Part shown: positions 1 to 9,847 of the stretch, one piece after another | Layout of the letters: each line of letters opens with the position of its first letter | Numbering within the stretch: the stretch's first letter is position 1 | Program-made: the position numbers and the translations under genes | Assembly: GCA_034530875.2 (NCBI GenBank) | Contig: JAVRCJ020000018.1 | Location: forward strand, 96,001-160,000 | DNA: 64,000 bases | Origin: Nostoc sp. DedSLP01 | Lineage (GTDB): Bacteria; Cyanobacteriota; Cyanobacteriia; Cyanobacteriales; Nostocaceae | Direction: 5' to 3' | Notes under the pieces: model-generated | The model's database searches: none | What the model was told of the DNA's origin: nothing | The model's input: the letters and a program-made list of their open reading frames with translations, nothing else

Positions 1-999
1 TGGATTTACAGCTATTACCTTCAGACCAGCGTTTTCGGCTTTGTTTGAAAGTATAGTTACAAACTGTCCCCATCCGGCATCATTAATACTTTTAGCCAAT
101 CTTGTTTTAACTAGTCCTTTGATATTTAACTTTTCCACAGCTATAACATCATACTTGTCAAGTAATAGTTTCGCTGTTTTAAAGTGAAAATCTTTACGAG
201 TATCAGCAACTTTTTTATGCTGTTTACCCAGTTTTTGAATAGCTTTTTTACGACGAATAGAACCTTTTTTGCGTCTTGATATCTTACGCTGTGCTGACTT
301 TAATTTACGTTCAGCTTTGCGTAGATGCTTTGGTGCGGTAATCCTAGAACCCTCAGAAGCCACATAAAAATCAATTAAACCGACATCAATGCCAACAATA
401 TTATCAGGGTTGAAATCAGGCTTAATAGTTGGAACCGTTTTATCATCAAGACTGAGAGTCACATAGTAACCATCAGCTTTTTTAGTAATAGACACTGTTT
501 TAATATCAAATCCATCTGGTATTGGTCGATGGACAATTACCTTGACTTCCCCAATCTTGGACAGCGTAATTTTGTTATTAACAAAATGGTGACGCTTAAA
601 TTGGGTATAAGTGAAAGTTTTATATTGCCCTTTACCCTTAAATCTAGGTTTACCAGATTTTTTCCCGTTAACGTCACCCTTTAACCATCTATCAAAAGCT
701 AGTTCAACTTTTTTAGGGACTTCCTGTAATACTTGAGAGTGAATCTCTTTGTACCAAGGTCTATCAACTTTCAGTTGAACCAAAGACGCTTTTTGATTGT
801 AGTAGTTAGGTTGTTCCTTTAAATCTGGCAGATGACAAATTAACGGACATCTATCAATAGGACAACGATTTTGCTCATACCAATCAAATCTTTGAGCAAG
901 TAAATAGTTATACTGGCAACGTAACATTTCCAGCGTTTTATCTATCTTTTCTGCTTGCTCTTTAGTTGGTTTGATTTTGTATTGGTATGACGTTTTCAT
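1..999 (-). CDS. tnpB: IS200/IS605-family TnpB RNA-guided endonuclease (5' part; runs off the window edge)
   Basis: Not in the ORF track. Hand translation of the minus strand from ATG at 999 is open to base 1: MKTSYQYKIKPTKEQAEKIDKTLEMLRCQYN...GKPRFKGK...IVGIDVGL (RuvC-I)...AVEKLNIKGL (RuvC-II)...KSINDAGWGQF. Confidence 0.93.
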   Translation of the reverse strand, partial: MKTSYQYKIKPTKEQAEKIDKTLEMLRCQYNYLLAQRFDWYEQNRCPIDRCPLICHLPDLKEQPNYYNQKASLVQLKVDRPWYKEIHSQVLQEVPKKVELAFDRWLKGDVNGKKSGKPRFKGKGQYKTFTYTQFKRHHFVNNKITLSKIGEVKVIVHRPIPDGFDIKTVSITKKADGYYVTLSLDDKTVPTIKPDFNPDNIVGIDVGLIDFYVASEGSRITAPKHLRKAERKLKSAQRKISRRKKGSIRRKKAIQKLGKQHKKVADTRKDFHFKTAKLLLDKYDVIAVEKLNIKGLVKTRLAKSINDAGWGQFVTILSNKAENAGLKVIAVNP

Positions 1000-1063
1000 A
1001 ACCGACGAGTGTTTTTCGACCTACAAACAGGATAATATAAAGTGTATCCATTGTGTAACCAAA

Positions 1064-1237
1064 ATGAAAAATAAACAATTGCGGTTAAGAATGTCTGATC
1101 GCAGATTTAACAAACTCAAAGAATATGCAGAATATGCAGATAAAACAATGACTCAGGTGATAGATGAACTCATTGACACGTTGCCAAACATAAAAGATGC
1201 TGACTCCTCATCGACCCACTGCCCTGTCAAGGAATAG
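1064..1237 (+). CDS. Ribbon-helix-helix (CopG/Arc-like) DNA-binding protein, 57 aa
   Basis: MKNKQLRLRMSDRRFNKLKEYAEYADKTMTQVIDELIDTL has the beta-strand plus two-helix pattern; ATG at 1064 preferred over TTG at 971, which overlaps tnpB. Confidence 0.75.
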   Translation: MKNKQLRLRMSDRRFNKLKEYAEYADKTMTQVIDELIDTLPNIKDADSSSTHCPVKE

Positions 1238-1476
1238 CGGATTGAATTGGTTGTAGGTCATAAGTTTATGCTTTCAACAGTCTTTGCCTTCAGTCTGGGT
1301 TAGAAAATACTATCTGTAGATAGATTAAATGAATTTATTTCGTGGTACATAATCCTGATGGCGGTTTTATTCGTATTTCACCCTCTGCGCTTCTTGACAA
1401 TGGCTCCGGCTAAAAGAACGGTAGTTCTGGGTCAACCAATTGCCATCACCTTGATTCGGGATCGATCGCACTGACC

Positions 1477-4400
1477 GTGATAAACTCTAATATTTCTGAA
1501 AATATTTTTGTTGGCGACAGCGAGATGGCGGGACTCATGCGATCGCTCGACTGGTCGCAAACACCCTTGGGGGCGGTATCTGGGTGGGCACAGAGCTTGA
1601 AAACTTCAATAAGCATCTTGATGAGTTCTCGCTACCCCATGTTTGTTTGGTGGGGGCGCGAGTATGCGAACCTTTATAATGATGCGTATCGTCCTATACT
1701 TGGTGCTAGCAAGCATCCTCAATTTTTGGGAAAGTCTGCCAAAGACTGTTGGGCAGATGTCTGGGATGTGGTGGGGCCCCTGGCTGATAGCGTTTTGGAC
1801 ACAGGGCAATCCACCTGGTCTGAGAATTTGTTGTTGATTATGGATCGCTATGGCTATGCGGAGGAAGCCTACTTCACTTTTTCCTATAGCCCCGTGCGTG
1901 ATGAAAGTGGCGGAGTTGGCGGTATCTTCTGTGCAGTCATTGAAACTACAAAGCAGGTTATCGGAGAACGTCGGCTGCGAACTTTGCGTGAATTGAGCGC
2001 CAGCACTGTAGAAGCCAAGGCAGTTGAGGAAGCTTGCCATTTTGCTATGGCTGCGCTGTCTGCCAATGCTGAGGATATTCCCTTTGCCTTGTTATACCTG
2101 ATAGAAGCAAATGGCAGCGAGGCGCGTTTAGTTTCCACAACCACCAGCATTGAACCGGGAACCATCGCCAGTCCTCAGCAAATGGATTTGACTGATACAA
2201 GGGATTTGTGGAATTTATCGCGGGTAAATCAGACCAAGGAAACAGAGTTAGTTGAAGATTTAACGGTGCGTTTTGGTACGTTACCTGGAGGTGCTTGGCC
2301 GGAACCGTCTAATACTGCCTTGGTCATACCGCTTACCAAATCCGGACAAACACAGCAGTTAGCTGGATTATTAGTAGTTGGCATTAGTCCTCGACGGGCG
2401 TTAGATGACGAGTACCAGGGATTCTTCGATTTAATTGGTACTCATGTGACTACGGCGATCGCCAATGCCGAAGCATACGCAGCAGAACGCAGACGTGCCG
2501 AAGCTTTAGCAGAACTAGACCAAGCAAAAACTCTGTTTTTCAGTAATATCAGCCACGAGTTTCGCACTCCATTAACGCTGATGCTCAATCCCTTGGAAGA
2601 TATATTAGCCAACCCTTCAGGCCCCATACCAAGCGATCGCGAACAGTTAGAAATTGTCTACCGCAACTCAAAGCGTTTGCTGAAACTGGTTAATAGCTTG
2701 CTTGACTTCTCCCGCATCGAAGCTGGGCGGGTTGAGGCAGTTTACGAGCCAACCGATTTGGCAATGTTTACCGCGGATCTTGCTGGGATATTTCGTTCGG
2801 CAATTGAACGCGCGGGACTTTCTTTGCAAGTGGACTGCCCCTCATTGCCCGAACTCGTTTATGTAGATCGGCAGATGTGGGAAAAGATTGTTTTGAACTT
2901 ACTTTCCAATGCCTTCAAGTTTACCTTTGAAGGAGAGATTACAGTTTCTTTGAGTTGGCAAGACTGTCAAATTGCAAGAGGAACTGCCAATGAGATAACC
3001 CCAGATCGTTCTCCCGCCTCATCGCCCCAAGTCATTCTGCAAGTACGAGACACAGGAACGGGCATTCCCAGCGAAGATTTACCTTTAATATTTAATCGCT
3101 TCCATCGAGTCAAGGGGGCAAAAGGACGAAGTTATGAGGGTTCAGGCATTGGTTTGTCATTAGTGCAAGAACTAGTGCGCCTGCATGAAGGGACGATTGA
3201 GGTAAGTAGCGTTATCGACCGAGGAACTTGCTTTACTGTGTCAATTCCCGCAGGGTATGACCATTTACCTAGCGATCGCATTCAGGGAACCCGCACGCTG
3301 ACATCGACGGCAATGGGAGCAACATACTATGTTGAGGAGGTGTTGCAGTGGTTACCAAACTCGTTAGGGACAGATGTTTATTCCTTAGGGCAGGCAGAGG
3401 AGCAGGGGAGCAGGGGAGCAGAGGAGAAATCCTCTTTTGTGGCTAGTTCTGCCAGGATTCTGTTAGCTGACGACAACGCTGATATGCGAGCTTATGTGAA
3501 ACGTCTATTGAGCCAGCAGTATGAAGTGGAAACCGTGACAGATGGCGTTGCGGCTTTAGCTGCCATTCGCAGGCAACTTCCCGATCTGGTGCTGACTGAT
3601 GTGATGATGCCAGAACTGGACGGTTTTGGTTTATTGCAGGAGTTGCGGGCTAATCCGCAGACCAAAGACTTACCTATTATTCTGCTCTCTGCCCGTGCTG
3701 GGGAAGAATCTCGCATCGAAGGATTAGCAGCGGGAGCAGACGATTATTTGACTAAGCCCTTCTCTGCCCGCGAACTACTGGCGCGGGTGGAAGCAACCTT
3801 GAAGCTGGCACAAGTGCGGCGAGAAGCGACTCAGCAAGAGCAGAGACTGCGACTAGAAGCAGAAACCGCCAGAGAAGCGATCGAAAACATTTTATCCAGC
3901 ATCAGCGACGGTTTTTTTACCCTCGATCGCGACTGGCGTTATACTTACGCCAACGATAGATTATGTGAAATGGCTGGGAAGCAGCGAGAAGAACTGCTGG
4001 GTTACAACATTTGGGAGTTATTTCCGGACGCAGTTGGAACAGACGTTTACGTTCAATTTCATCGAGCGATGCACGAACAAACGTCTCTCCAATTTGAGTA
4101 TCTTTATTGGCCCTGGAATCGCTGGTTTGAGTACCGGGTTTATCCTTCGCCTAATGGACTGACGATTTTTGTAGTTGAAGTAACCGATCGCAAACGCGCT
4201 GATGCCGAGCGAGAGCAATTGTTGCAAACCTTGCTCGACGAACGCGCCCGGTTTGAAGCCGTCTTGCGCCAAATGCCTGAAGGAGTAATCATCGCTGACG
4301 CTGCTTCCAAAAAGCTGATTCTGGCAAATGAGCGAACGAACCAAATACTTCAGCACTCTTTCGACTTGCATATCGAGCTGCAAGAATACGAGGAATTAGT

Positions 4401-6612
4401 TCCCTTCCATGCTTACCGCCCTGACGGCCAAATTTACGCACCCGATGATTATCCCTTGATGCGATCGCTTTTGACAGGTGAAGTAGTTAGCCACGAAGAG
4501 ATAGAAATCCGTTATCGAGACGGCAGCCAAATTGTAATTGATGCCAGTTCCTCACCCATTTGCGATCGCCAAGGACAGATTACCTCAGCCGTTGTGTTAA
4601 TGCACGATATTACCGATGCCTATCGGCAAGCTACGCAACGCAAACAAGCTGAAATTGCTCTACGGCAAAGCGAAGATAAGTTCCGCAGGCTTGCCAATGC
4701 CATGCCTCAGATTGTTTGGACAGCCAATGCCAATGGAGAAGTCGATTATGTTAGCCAGCAGTGGTTTGACTATGCGGGGCTGACACTGGAGCAGACCCAA
4801 GATCCACTACAATATGTGCAAGTCATCCACCCTGACGATGTGTCGCAGCTTTACGAGCGATGGTCAGAGGCGATAACATCTGGTTCCCTGTATCAAACAG
4901 AAGTTCGCATTCAACGGGCATCCGATGGTAACTATCGCTGGTTCTTAACTCGGGCTGTGCCTATTAAAACCGAGGAAGGCGAAATCGTCGCTTGGTATGG
5001 CACCTCTACAGACATTGACGATCGCAAACAAGCTGAGGTGGAACGAGAACAATTTTTGGCAAGAGAGCAGTCAGCCAAGGAAACGCTACAAAAGTTCATC
5101 GAACATACTCCAGTTGCCGTAGTCATGCTGGATCGAGAAATGCGTTATCTGTTTGCCAGCCATCAGTGGATGCGTGAATATGCTTCAGGTTACACAGACT
5201 TGAAAGGTTTATCGCATTACGAAGTCTTGACTGACACTCCCGAACGCTGGCGACAGGCTCACCAACGATGTCTCGCAGGAGCAACCGAGCGATGTGAAGA
5301 AGATTATTACCCGCGTTATGATGGCTCAGTCCAGTGGTTATATTGGGAAATTCTGCCTTGGTATGCCAGTTGTGGTGAGATTGGTGGCATTATCATCTTT
5401 GCAGAGAACATTACCGAGCGCAAGCAAGCAGCGCAAGAACGCCAAAAGTTGTTAGAGCGCGAACAAGCGGCGCGGGAAGCTGCTGAAGCTGCCAATCGCA
5501 TTAAAGATGAATTTTTGGCGGTGTTATCCCACGAATTGCGATCGCCCCTGAACCCGATTTTGGGTTGGTCAAAGCTCCTACAAAGCGGCAAACTCGATGC
5601 CGTGAAAACAAAACAAGCTCTGGCAACAATTGAGCGCAATGCTAAACTGCAATCCGAACTAATCGAAGATTTACTCGATGTCTCTCGAATTCTCCGGGGC
5701 AAGCTGAGTCTGACAGTCAGCACTATTAATTTAGTATCAACAGTTCAAGCAGCACTGGAAACAGTGCGACTAGCGGCAGAAGCCAAGTCAATTGAGATTA
5801 AAGCAAAGCTAAATCCTGAATTAGGGCTGGTTTTAGGTGACTCAACCCGCTTGCAGCAAGTAGTGTGGAATCTGCTTTCCAATGCTGTTAAATTTACACC
5901 CGATGGCGGACGGGTCGAGGTGCAATTAGAACAGATTGACTCTTTGGCTCAAATTACAGTCACCGATACGGGAATTGGCATTACTCCTGATTTTCTACCA
6001 TTCGTATTTGAGTATTTCCGTCAGGCAGATGGTACAACCACCCGCAAGTTTGGCGGACTGGGGTTAGGTTTGGCCATCGTGCGGCATCTCGTTGAACTGC
6101 ATGGTGGAACAGTGAAAGCGGATAGTCCTGGAGTCGGTTTAGGAGCTACTTTCACCGTGAGACTGCCCTTGATACCGAATCAGCCAAGAGTCGATGGAAA
6201 TTTTCAATTATCACAAGCATCTGTTGATTTGAACGGCATTCAAGTCTTAGTGGTCGATGATGATACTGATACGCGAGAGTTTGTGACTTTTGTATTGGAA
6301 CAAGCCAGAGCAAAAGTCATTGCAGTTGCTTGTGCTAGCGAAGCAATTTCAGCCCTCACACAATCCCACTTCGATGTTTTAATCAGCGACATTGGTATGC
6401 CACAGATGGATGGTTACATGCTAATGCAACACATCGAAGCATTGCCAGCAGAACAACGAAGACAGATAAAAGCGATCGCTTTGACTGCCTATGCCGGAGA
6501 CTTCAACCAACAAAAAGCCTTGCAAGCAGGATTTCAACGCCACATTACCAAACCAATCGAACCCGAACATTTGCTAAAAGAAATTGTTCGGGTGTTAAGT
6601 ATGCAGACTTAA
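1477..6612 (+). CDS. Multi-sensor hybrid histidine kinase (PAS-GAF-HK-REC-multiple PAS-HK-REC)
   Basis: Two H-boxes (SHEFRTPL, SHELRSPL), two N/G-box sets, two receiver domains (LTDVMMP, ISDIGMP), several PAS/PAC motifs. Confidence 0.93.
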   Translation: MINSNISENIFVGDSEMAGLMRSLDWSQTPLGAVSGWAQSLKTSISILMSSRYPMFVWWGREYANLYNDAYRPILGASKHPQFLGKSAKDCWADVWDVVGPLADSVLDTGQSTWSENLLLIMDRYGYAEEAYFTFSYSPVRDESGGVGGIFCAVIETTKQVIGERRLRTLRELSASTVEAKAVEEACHFAMAALSANAEDIPFALLYLIEANGSEARLVSTTTSIEPGTIASPQQMDLTDTRDLWNLSRVNQTKETELVEDLTVRFGTLPGGAWPEPSNTALVIPLTKSGQTQQLAGLLVVGISPRRALDDEYQGFFDLIGTHVTTAIANAEAYAAERRRAEALAELDQAKTLFFSNISHEFRTPLTLMLNPLEDILANPSGPIPSDREQLEIVYRNSKRLLKLVNSLLDFSRIEAGRVEAVYEPTDLAMFTADLAGIFRSAIERAGLSLQVDCPSLPELVYVDRQMWEKIVLNLLSNAFKFTFEGEITVSLSWQDCQIARGTANEITPDRSPASSPQVILQVRDTGTGIPSEDLPLIFNRFHRVKGAKGRSYEGSGIGLSLVQELVRLHEGTIEVSSVIDRGTCFTVSIPAGYDHLPSDRIQGTRTLTSTAMGATYYVEEVLQWLPNSLGTDVYSLGQAEEQGSRGAEEKSSFVASSARILLADDNADMRAYVKRLLSQQYEVETVTDGVAALAAIRRQLPDLVLTDVMMPELDGFGLLQELRANPQTKDLPIILLSARAGEESRIEGLAAGADDYLTKPFSARELLARVEATLKLAQVRREATQQEQRLRLEAETAREAIENILSSISDGFFTLDRDWRYTYANDRLCEMAGKQREELLGYNIWELFPDAVGTDVYVQFHRAMHEQTSLQFEYLYWPWNRWFEYRVYPSPNGLTIFVVEVTDRKRADAEREQLLQTLLDERARFEAVLRQMPEGVIIADAASKKLILANERTNQILQHSFDLHIELQEYEELVPFHAYRPDGQIYAPDDYPLMRSLLTGEVVSHEEIEIRYRDGSQIVIDASSSPICDRQGQITSAVVLMHDITDAYRQATQRKQAEIALRQSEDKFRRLANAMPQIVWTANANGEVDYVSQQWFDYAGLTLEQTQDPLQYVQVIHPDDVSQLYERWSEAITSGSLYQTEVRIQRASDGNYRWFLTRAVPIKTEEGEIVAWYGTSTDIDDRKQAEVEREQFLAREQSAKETLQKFIEHTPVAVVMLDREMRYLFASHQWMREYASGYTDLKGLSHYEVLTDTPERWRQAHQRCLAGATERCEEDYYPRYDGSVQWLYWEILPWYASCGEIGGIIIFAENITERKQAAQERQKLLEREQAAREAAEAANRIKDEFLAVLSHELRSPLNPILGWSKLLQSGKLDAVKTKQALATIERNAKLQSELIEDLLDVSRILRGKLSLTVSTINLVSTVQAALETVRLAAEAKSIEIKAKLNPELGLVLGDSTRLQQVVWNLLSNAVKFTPDGGRVEVQLEQIDSLAQITVTDTGIGITPDFLPFVFEYFRQADGTTTRKFGGLGLGLAIVRHLVELHGGTVKADSPGVGLGATFTVRLPLIPNQPRVDGNFQLSQASVDLNGIQVLVVDDDTDTREFVTFVLEQARAKVIAVACASEAISALTQSHFDVLISDIGMPQMDGYMLMQHIEALPAEQRRQIKAIALTAYAGDFNQQKALQAGFQRHITKPIEPEHLLKEIVRVLSMQT
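4618..4638 (+). repeat. 21-nt small dispersed repeat (SDR5-like) inserted in-frame in a HIP1-like site
   Basis: CCGAT[GCCTATCGGCAAGCTACGCAA]CGC; removing it restores the PAC-linker motif DITDRKQAE. Confidence 0.7.
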
Positions 6613-6641
6613 CGAAGGCAGGAGGCAGGGCAATACGGTTC

Positions 6642-6718
6642 GGTTAAAGGGGAAAGGGTAAGGGGGAAAGGGGAATAAAAAACCTTTAACCCTTACCCTT
6701 TAACCTTTTCCCCTTACC
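6642..6718. repeat. Inverted G-rich/C-rich heptamer-like arrays between convergent genes (possible bidirectional terminator)
   Basis: GGTTAAAGGGGAAAGGGTAAGGGGGAAAGGGG followed by CCTTTAACCCTTACCCTTTAACCTTTTCCCC. Confidence 0.6.
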
Positions 6719-6737
6719 AATCTCTATTATGCGATCG

Positions 6738-7739
6738 CTATCTAGCCAAACTTGAAGGAGTTTGGTTAGCAAAGCTTTTGTCCGTTAATTCTGTGGGTGA
6801 GTTCGCCCGCACAGCGCGGAACATTCCAAATCGGCACAACCCCGTACCAAATGCCAAACGCATCAGCAATAAAGTCGGCACTTCGCGCACAGACTTGATA
6901 AAACCAGATACTCCAAAACGCACCAATCCGCTTGGCCTAGCTATCCCTTGCCAAATCGAATCTAACCAAGAAGGAAGCGTTTCTGGCGTCCAATCTGCCG
7001 TAATTACCTTTCCTTCGACTAATTTTGTCTCTTCTAGAAGCTCGCTAAACCCTTCTATACTGGAAAATGCCGGATGAGACCACTGTTCGAGGAGTTGTTT
7101 CATCACTGGTTTTTCCCAGAAATTTAGCGGTTTGTGGCGGTCATCCCTCTGATTCCAGTCAGCTACAACCAATATTCCACCAGGCTTTAGCACCCGCATC
7201 AATTCTCTAGCAAAAACGGCTTTATCAGGCATGTGGGGGCCGGCTTCAATCGACCAGACTACATCAAAACTGGCATCTGGAAATGACAATGCCATCGCAT
7301 CATCGACCGCAAACTGGGCGTTAACTCCTGGAGGCGTTAACTCTTGAGCGCGTTTCACCTGCTGGGGGCTGATGGTAATCCCTGTGACAGCAAATCCATA
7401 ATCTCGCGCTAAAATCCGGCTACTGCCGCCAATACCGCAGCCAACATCTAAGACGGTAGTACCGGGAGGTAATTTATCTAAACCACCCCATTTAACCATT
7501 TCATGTACAAAGTCAGATTTAGCAGCCAAAAAATCCTTGCGTCGTGGCGGCGAACCGTAGTGACCGAGGTGAATGTGTTCTCCCCAATAAAACTCTAGGA
7601 TGCCGTCAACAGTCCATTCATCGTAGGAATTGGCGACTGTGACGGAAGATTGATACTTGCGAGCAGTCAGGAAATAAGCCGCAATTCCCATCACCAAAAG
7701 TAGAAGAACACCAATTACAAAATAGAGTAAGGTTGACAT
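6738..7739 (-). CDS. SAM-dependent methyltransferase, MPBQ/MSBQ methyltransferase type (tocopherol/plastoquinone synthesis)
   Basis: N-terminal hydrophobic segment, WGEHIHLGHY, VLDVGCGIGGS, EAGPHMPDK; resembles Synechocystis Sll0418-type enzymes. Confidence 0.85.
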   Translation of the reverse strand: MSTLLYFVIGVLLLLVMGIAAYFLTARKYQSSVTVANSYDEWTVDGILEFYWGEHIHLGHYGSPPRRKDFLAAKSDFVHEMVKWGGLDKLPPGTTVLDVGCGIGGSSRILARDYGFAVTGITISPQQVKRAQELTPPGVNAQFAVDDAMALSFPDASFDVVWSIEAGPHMPDKAVFARELMRVLKPGGILVVADWNQRDDRHKPLNFWEKPVMKQLLEQWSHPAFSSIEGFSELLEETKLVEGKVITADWTPETLPSWLDSIWQGIARPSGLVRFGVSGFIKSVREVPTLLLMRLAFGTGLCRFGMFRAVRANSPTELTDKSFANQTPSSLAR

Positions 7740-8300
7740 TGTTTTGAAAGCTTCCTATATACCTAACGTAGCTCCTTGGCTGGCAAAACTCAAGTAATAT
7801 AGCAGCATGAGTTGGCTGTAAAGTCTCTTGGGTACTGCTTTTGAGCTTGTTTTTAAAGAAGCAAGCGATCGCCATCATTTAACTTCAGAACCCGCAAGTT
7901 GCACTTTAGAACTGGATTGTCTGACAACCAAAATCGATGTCAAATATTAGCAAAAATATAAAGAAATACAAAGAAATATAAAGAAGAAACTTTTTAGTAG
8001 TACGTGTAGTGCTAGTAAAGCATTATTTTTACGTTGATTTTGTATTACGTTATAGAGCTATGGGCGAACTTACCTTAATTAATAATTAAGTTTTTGAGGT
8101 TGAATTAGAAGCCACAATCAGTTAACAGCATAGGTTACAAAGATATGTACTTGTAGTTATAATGGCCTGTAGAGTTATAAAAATGCGATCGCAGATTCAA
8201 GTGTTATTGTTAGATTGATGAGAAATATTTTTGGTCAAGTGACTATAGAGATACCTCTCCAAATCTAAATCTCTCCATTTTGTGAATCTGGAGATATTCT

Positions 8301-8555
8301 ATGTCAGTTTATATTGGTAATTTATCCCATGAAATTGAAGATGAGGATATCAGACAAGTCTTTTTAACGTATGGGTCTGTTAAAAGAATACTAGTATCTA
8401 CAAAGCAAAAATTAGGTGAGAAGACAGGATTTGCAATTGTAGAAATGGTCACAGACACCGAAGAATTAGCAGCAATGAATGGATTAACAGGTAATGAATG
8501 GATGCCTTATAGCCTAAAAGTTAATAGAGCTAAGACCATCGTAGATGCAGCTTAA
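8301..8555 (+). CDS. Divergent RRM RNA-binding protein lacking the Gly-rich tail
   Basis: RNP2 VYIGNL intact; RNP1 altered to TGFAIVEM; C-terminal LKVNRAK. Confidence 0.85.
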   Translation: MSVYIGNLSHEIEDEDIRQVFLTYGSVKRILVSTKQKLGEKTGFAIVEMVTDTEELAAMNGLTGNEWMPYSLKVNRAKTIVDAA

Positions 8556-8680
8556 GTGTGTCTTAGTATATACATAATCCTTGGGTATTTCTGTTGTGGT
8601 TATATAGAAACTAAAATAAGGTTAAAAGAATCCCAATAAATATGATGGTTTAGATTGATAACTGTAACAGCGAGTAGAAA

Positions 8681-8890
8681 TTGAAAATTAAAGCGTTGGA
8701 TGTCAAAGCTGGCGATCGCATTCTTGCATACTGTAAGAACAAACGCCAAATCTGTAAGGTGAAACAAATTTTAGATCTAGATCGGACTAATGTCACGCTT
8801 TCAGTATTCACAACTGAACATTATCGCGGCTGCTTAGTGTCATGCGTAATCAGGTTTCAGGGGGACGCTTTAGTTGAATTAGTCAGCTAA
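8681..8890 (+). CDS. Small hypothetical protein, possibly a KOW/SH3-like beta-barrel
   Basis: 69 aa, TTG start, IKALDVKAGDRI motif followed by alternating hydrophobic strands. Confidence 0.55.
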   Translation: MKIKALDVKAGDRILAYCKNKRQICKVKQILDLDRTNVTLSVFTTEHYRGCLVSCVIRFQGDALVELVS

Positions 8891-9072
8891 TATGTAGAAG
8901 GCACAAGGCAGGATAGAGCAGCGATTCGCCGTGTCCGCGAGCGTCGGCAGAAGGCAGACGGGAAAAGACTTATCCCATCTAATTTCTGGAGATGAGCATT
9001 TTTCATTTAATTCTCTCTACCTACTTATTTTTTCCATTCTTCACCTAAAAGTAGATTTCTATGTAATAATAT

Positions 9073-9196
9073 GAGGTGAGAATTAATTCGGTTAACAGCT
9101 TTTGTTTTTAGTATTGACAGGCTTTTTGTTTTTGGTATTTACAAACTTTTCTCCGAAATTTAAATCTCTACACATTTACAATTTCGGAGACAATCC
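9073..9196 (+). promoter_or_regulatory. Conserved rbp 5' leader with RBS-occluding hairpin
   Basis: TCTCCGAAATT (9150-9160) pairs perfectly with AATTTCGGAGA (9180-9190); a homologous leader precedes the rbp at 12165. Confidence 0.75.
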
Positions 9197-9502
9197 ATGT
9201 CAGTTTATATAGGCAATCTTTCTTACGAAGTTACTGAAGATAGTCTGAATGCTGTATTTGCAGAATATGGTTCTGTAAAGCGGGTTCAGTTACCTACTGA
9301 CCGTGAAACAGGTCGTTTACGCGGCTTTGGTTTTGTGGAAATGAGTACAGACGCAGAAGAAAATGCTGCCATTGAGGCTCTTAATGGTGCCGAGTGGATG
9401 GGACGAGACCTAAAAGTAAATAAGGCTAAACCCAGGGAAGATAGAGGAGGTTCATTTGGTGGTGGTAACCGTAGCAATTACGGTGGACGCAACCGTTACT
9501 AA
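9197..9502 (+). CDS. rbp: RRM RNA-binding protein with Gly-rich tail (cyanobacterial Rbp)
   Basis: RNP2 VYIGNL, RNP1 RGFGFVEM, tail GGSFGGGNRSNYGGRNRY. Confidence 0.96.
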   Translation: MSVYIGNLSYEVTEDSLNAVFAEYGSVKRVQLPTDRETGRLRGFGFVEMSTDAEENAAIEALNGAEWMGRDLKVNKAKPREDRGGSFGGGNRSNYGGRNRY

Positions 9503-9565
9503 GCTTTGCTAATTTAGCTCTTTTACCTAACCTCTTAGTTCAATTAATTAACTTAATGTATTAGC

Positions 9566-9594
9566 GGCTCAGGCATTTTTGCTTGAGCCTTTTT
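9566..9594 (+). terminator. Intrinsic terminator after rbp
   Basis: GGCTCAGGCA-TTTT-TGCTTGAGCC followed by a T-run. Confidence 0.75.
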
Positions 9595-9847
9595 GCTACA
9601 GAATTTTAAGTCGAAGAGCAAGCATGTCTTCATCACCTGTATCAAGGGATTGGGGGCTAGTGACTGGAAGGTGAAAAGTCTTGTTGTGTCTAAGTTTTTT
9701 CATCTGTTAATGTCCTAACTACGTTGACTATTGCTGTAATAAAAATTTTTGGCTCACTTTGTAGGTAAAATATTGAATATTCGTTAGCTATAATGCCGCG
9801 AAAAATTCTTTTTTTGGCAATTTAGTTTAATACTGAGGAATTCAAAA

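Larger units (their letters stand above)
1..1280. mobile_element. IS200/IS605-like element (tnpB plus divergent RHH gene; no tnpA seen in window); boundary approximate
   Basis: tnpB and a head-to-head small DNA-binding gene; the element end was not identified precisely. Confidence 0.55.
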
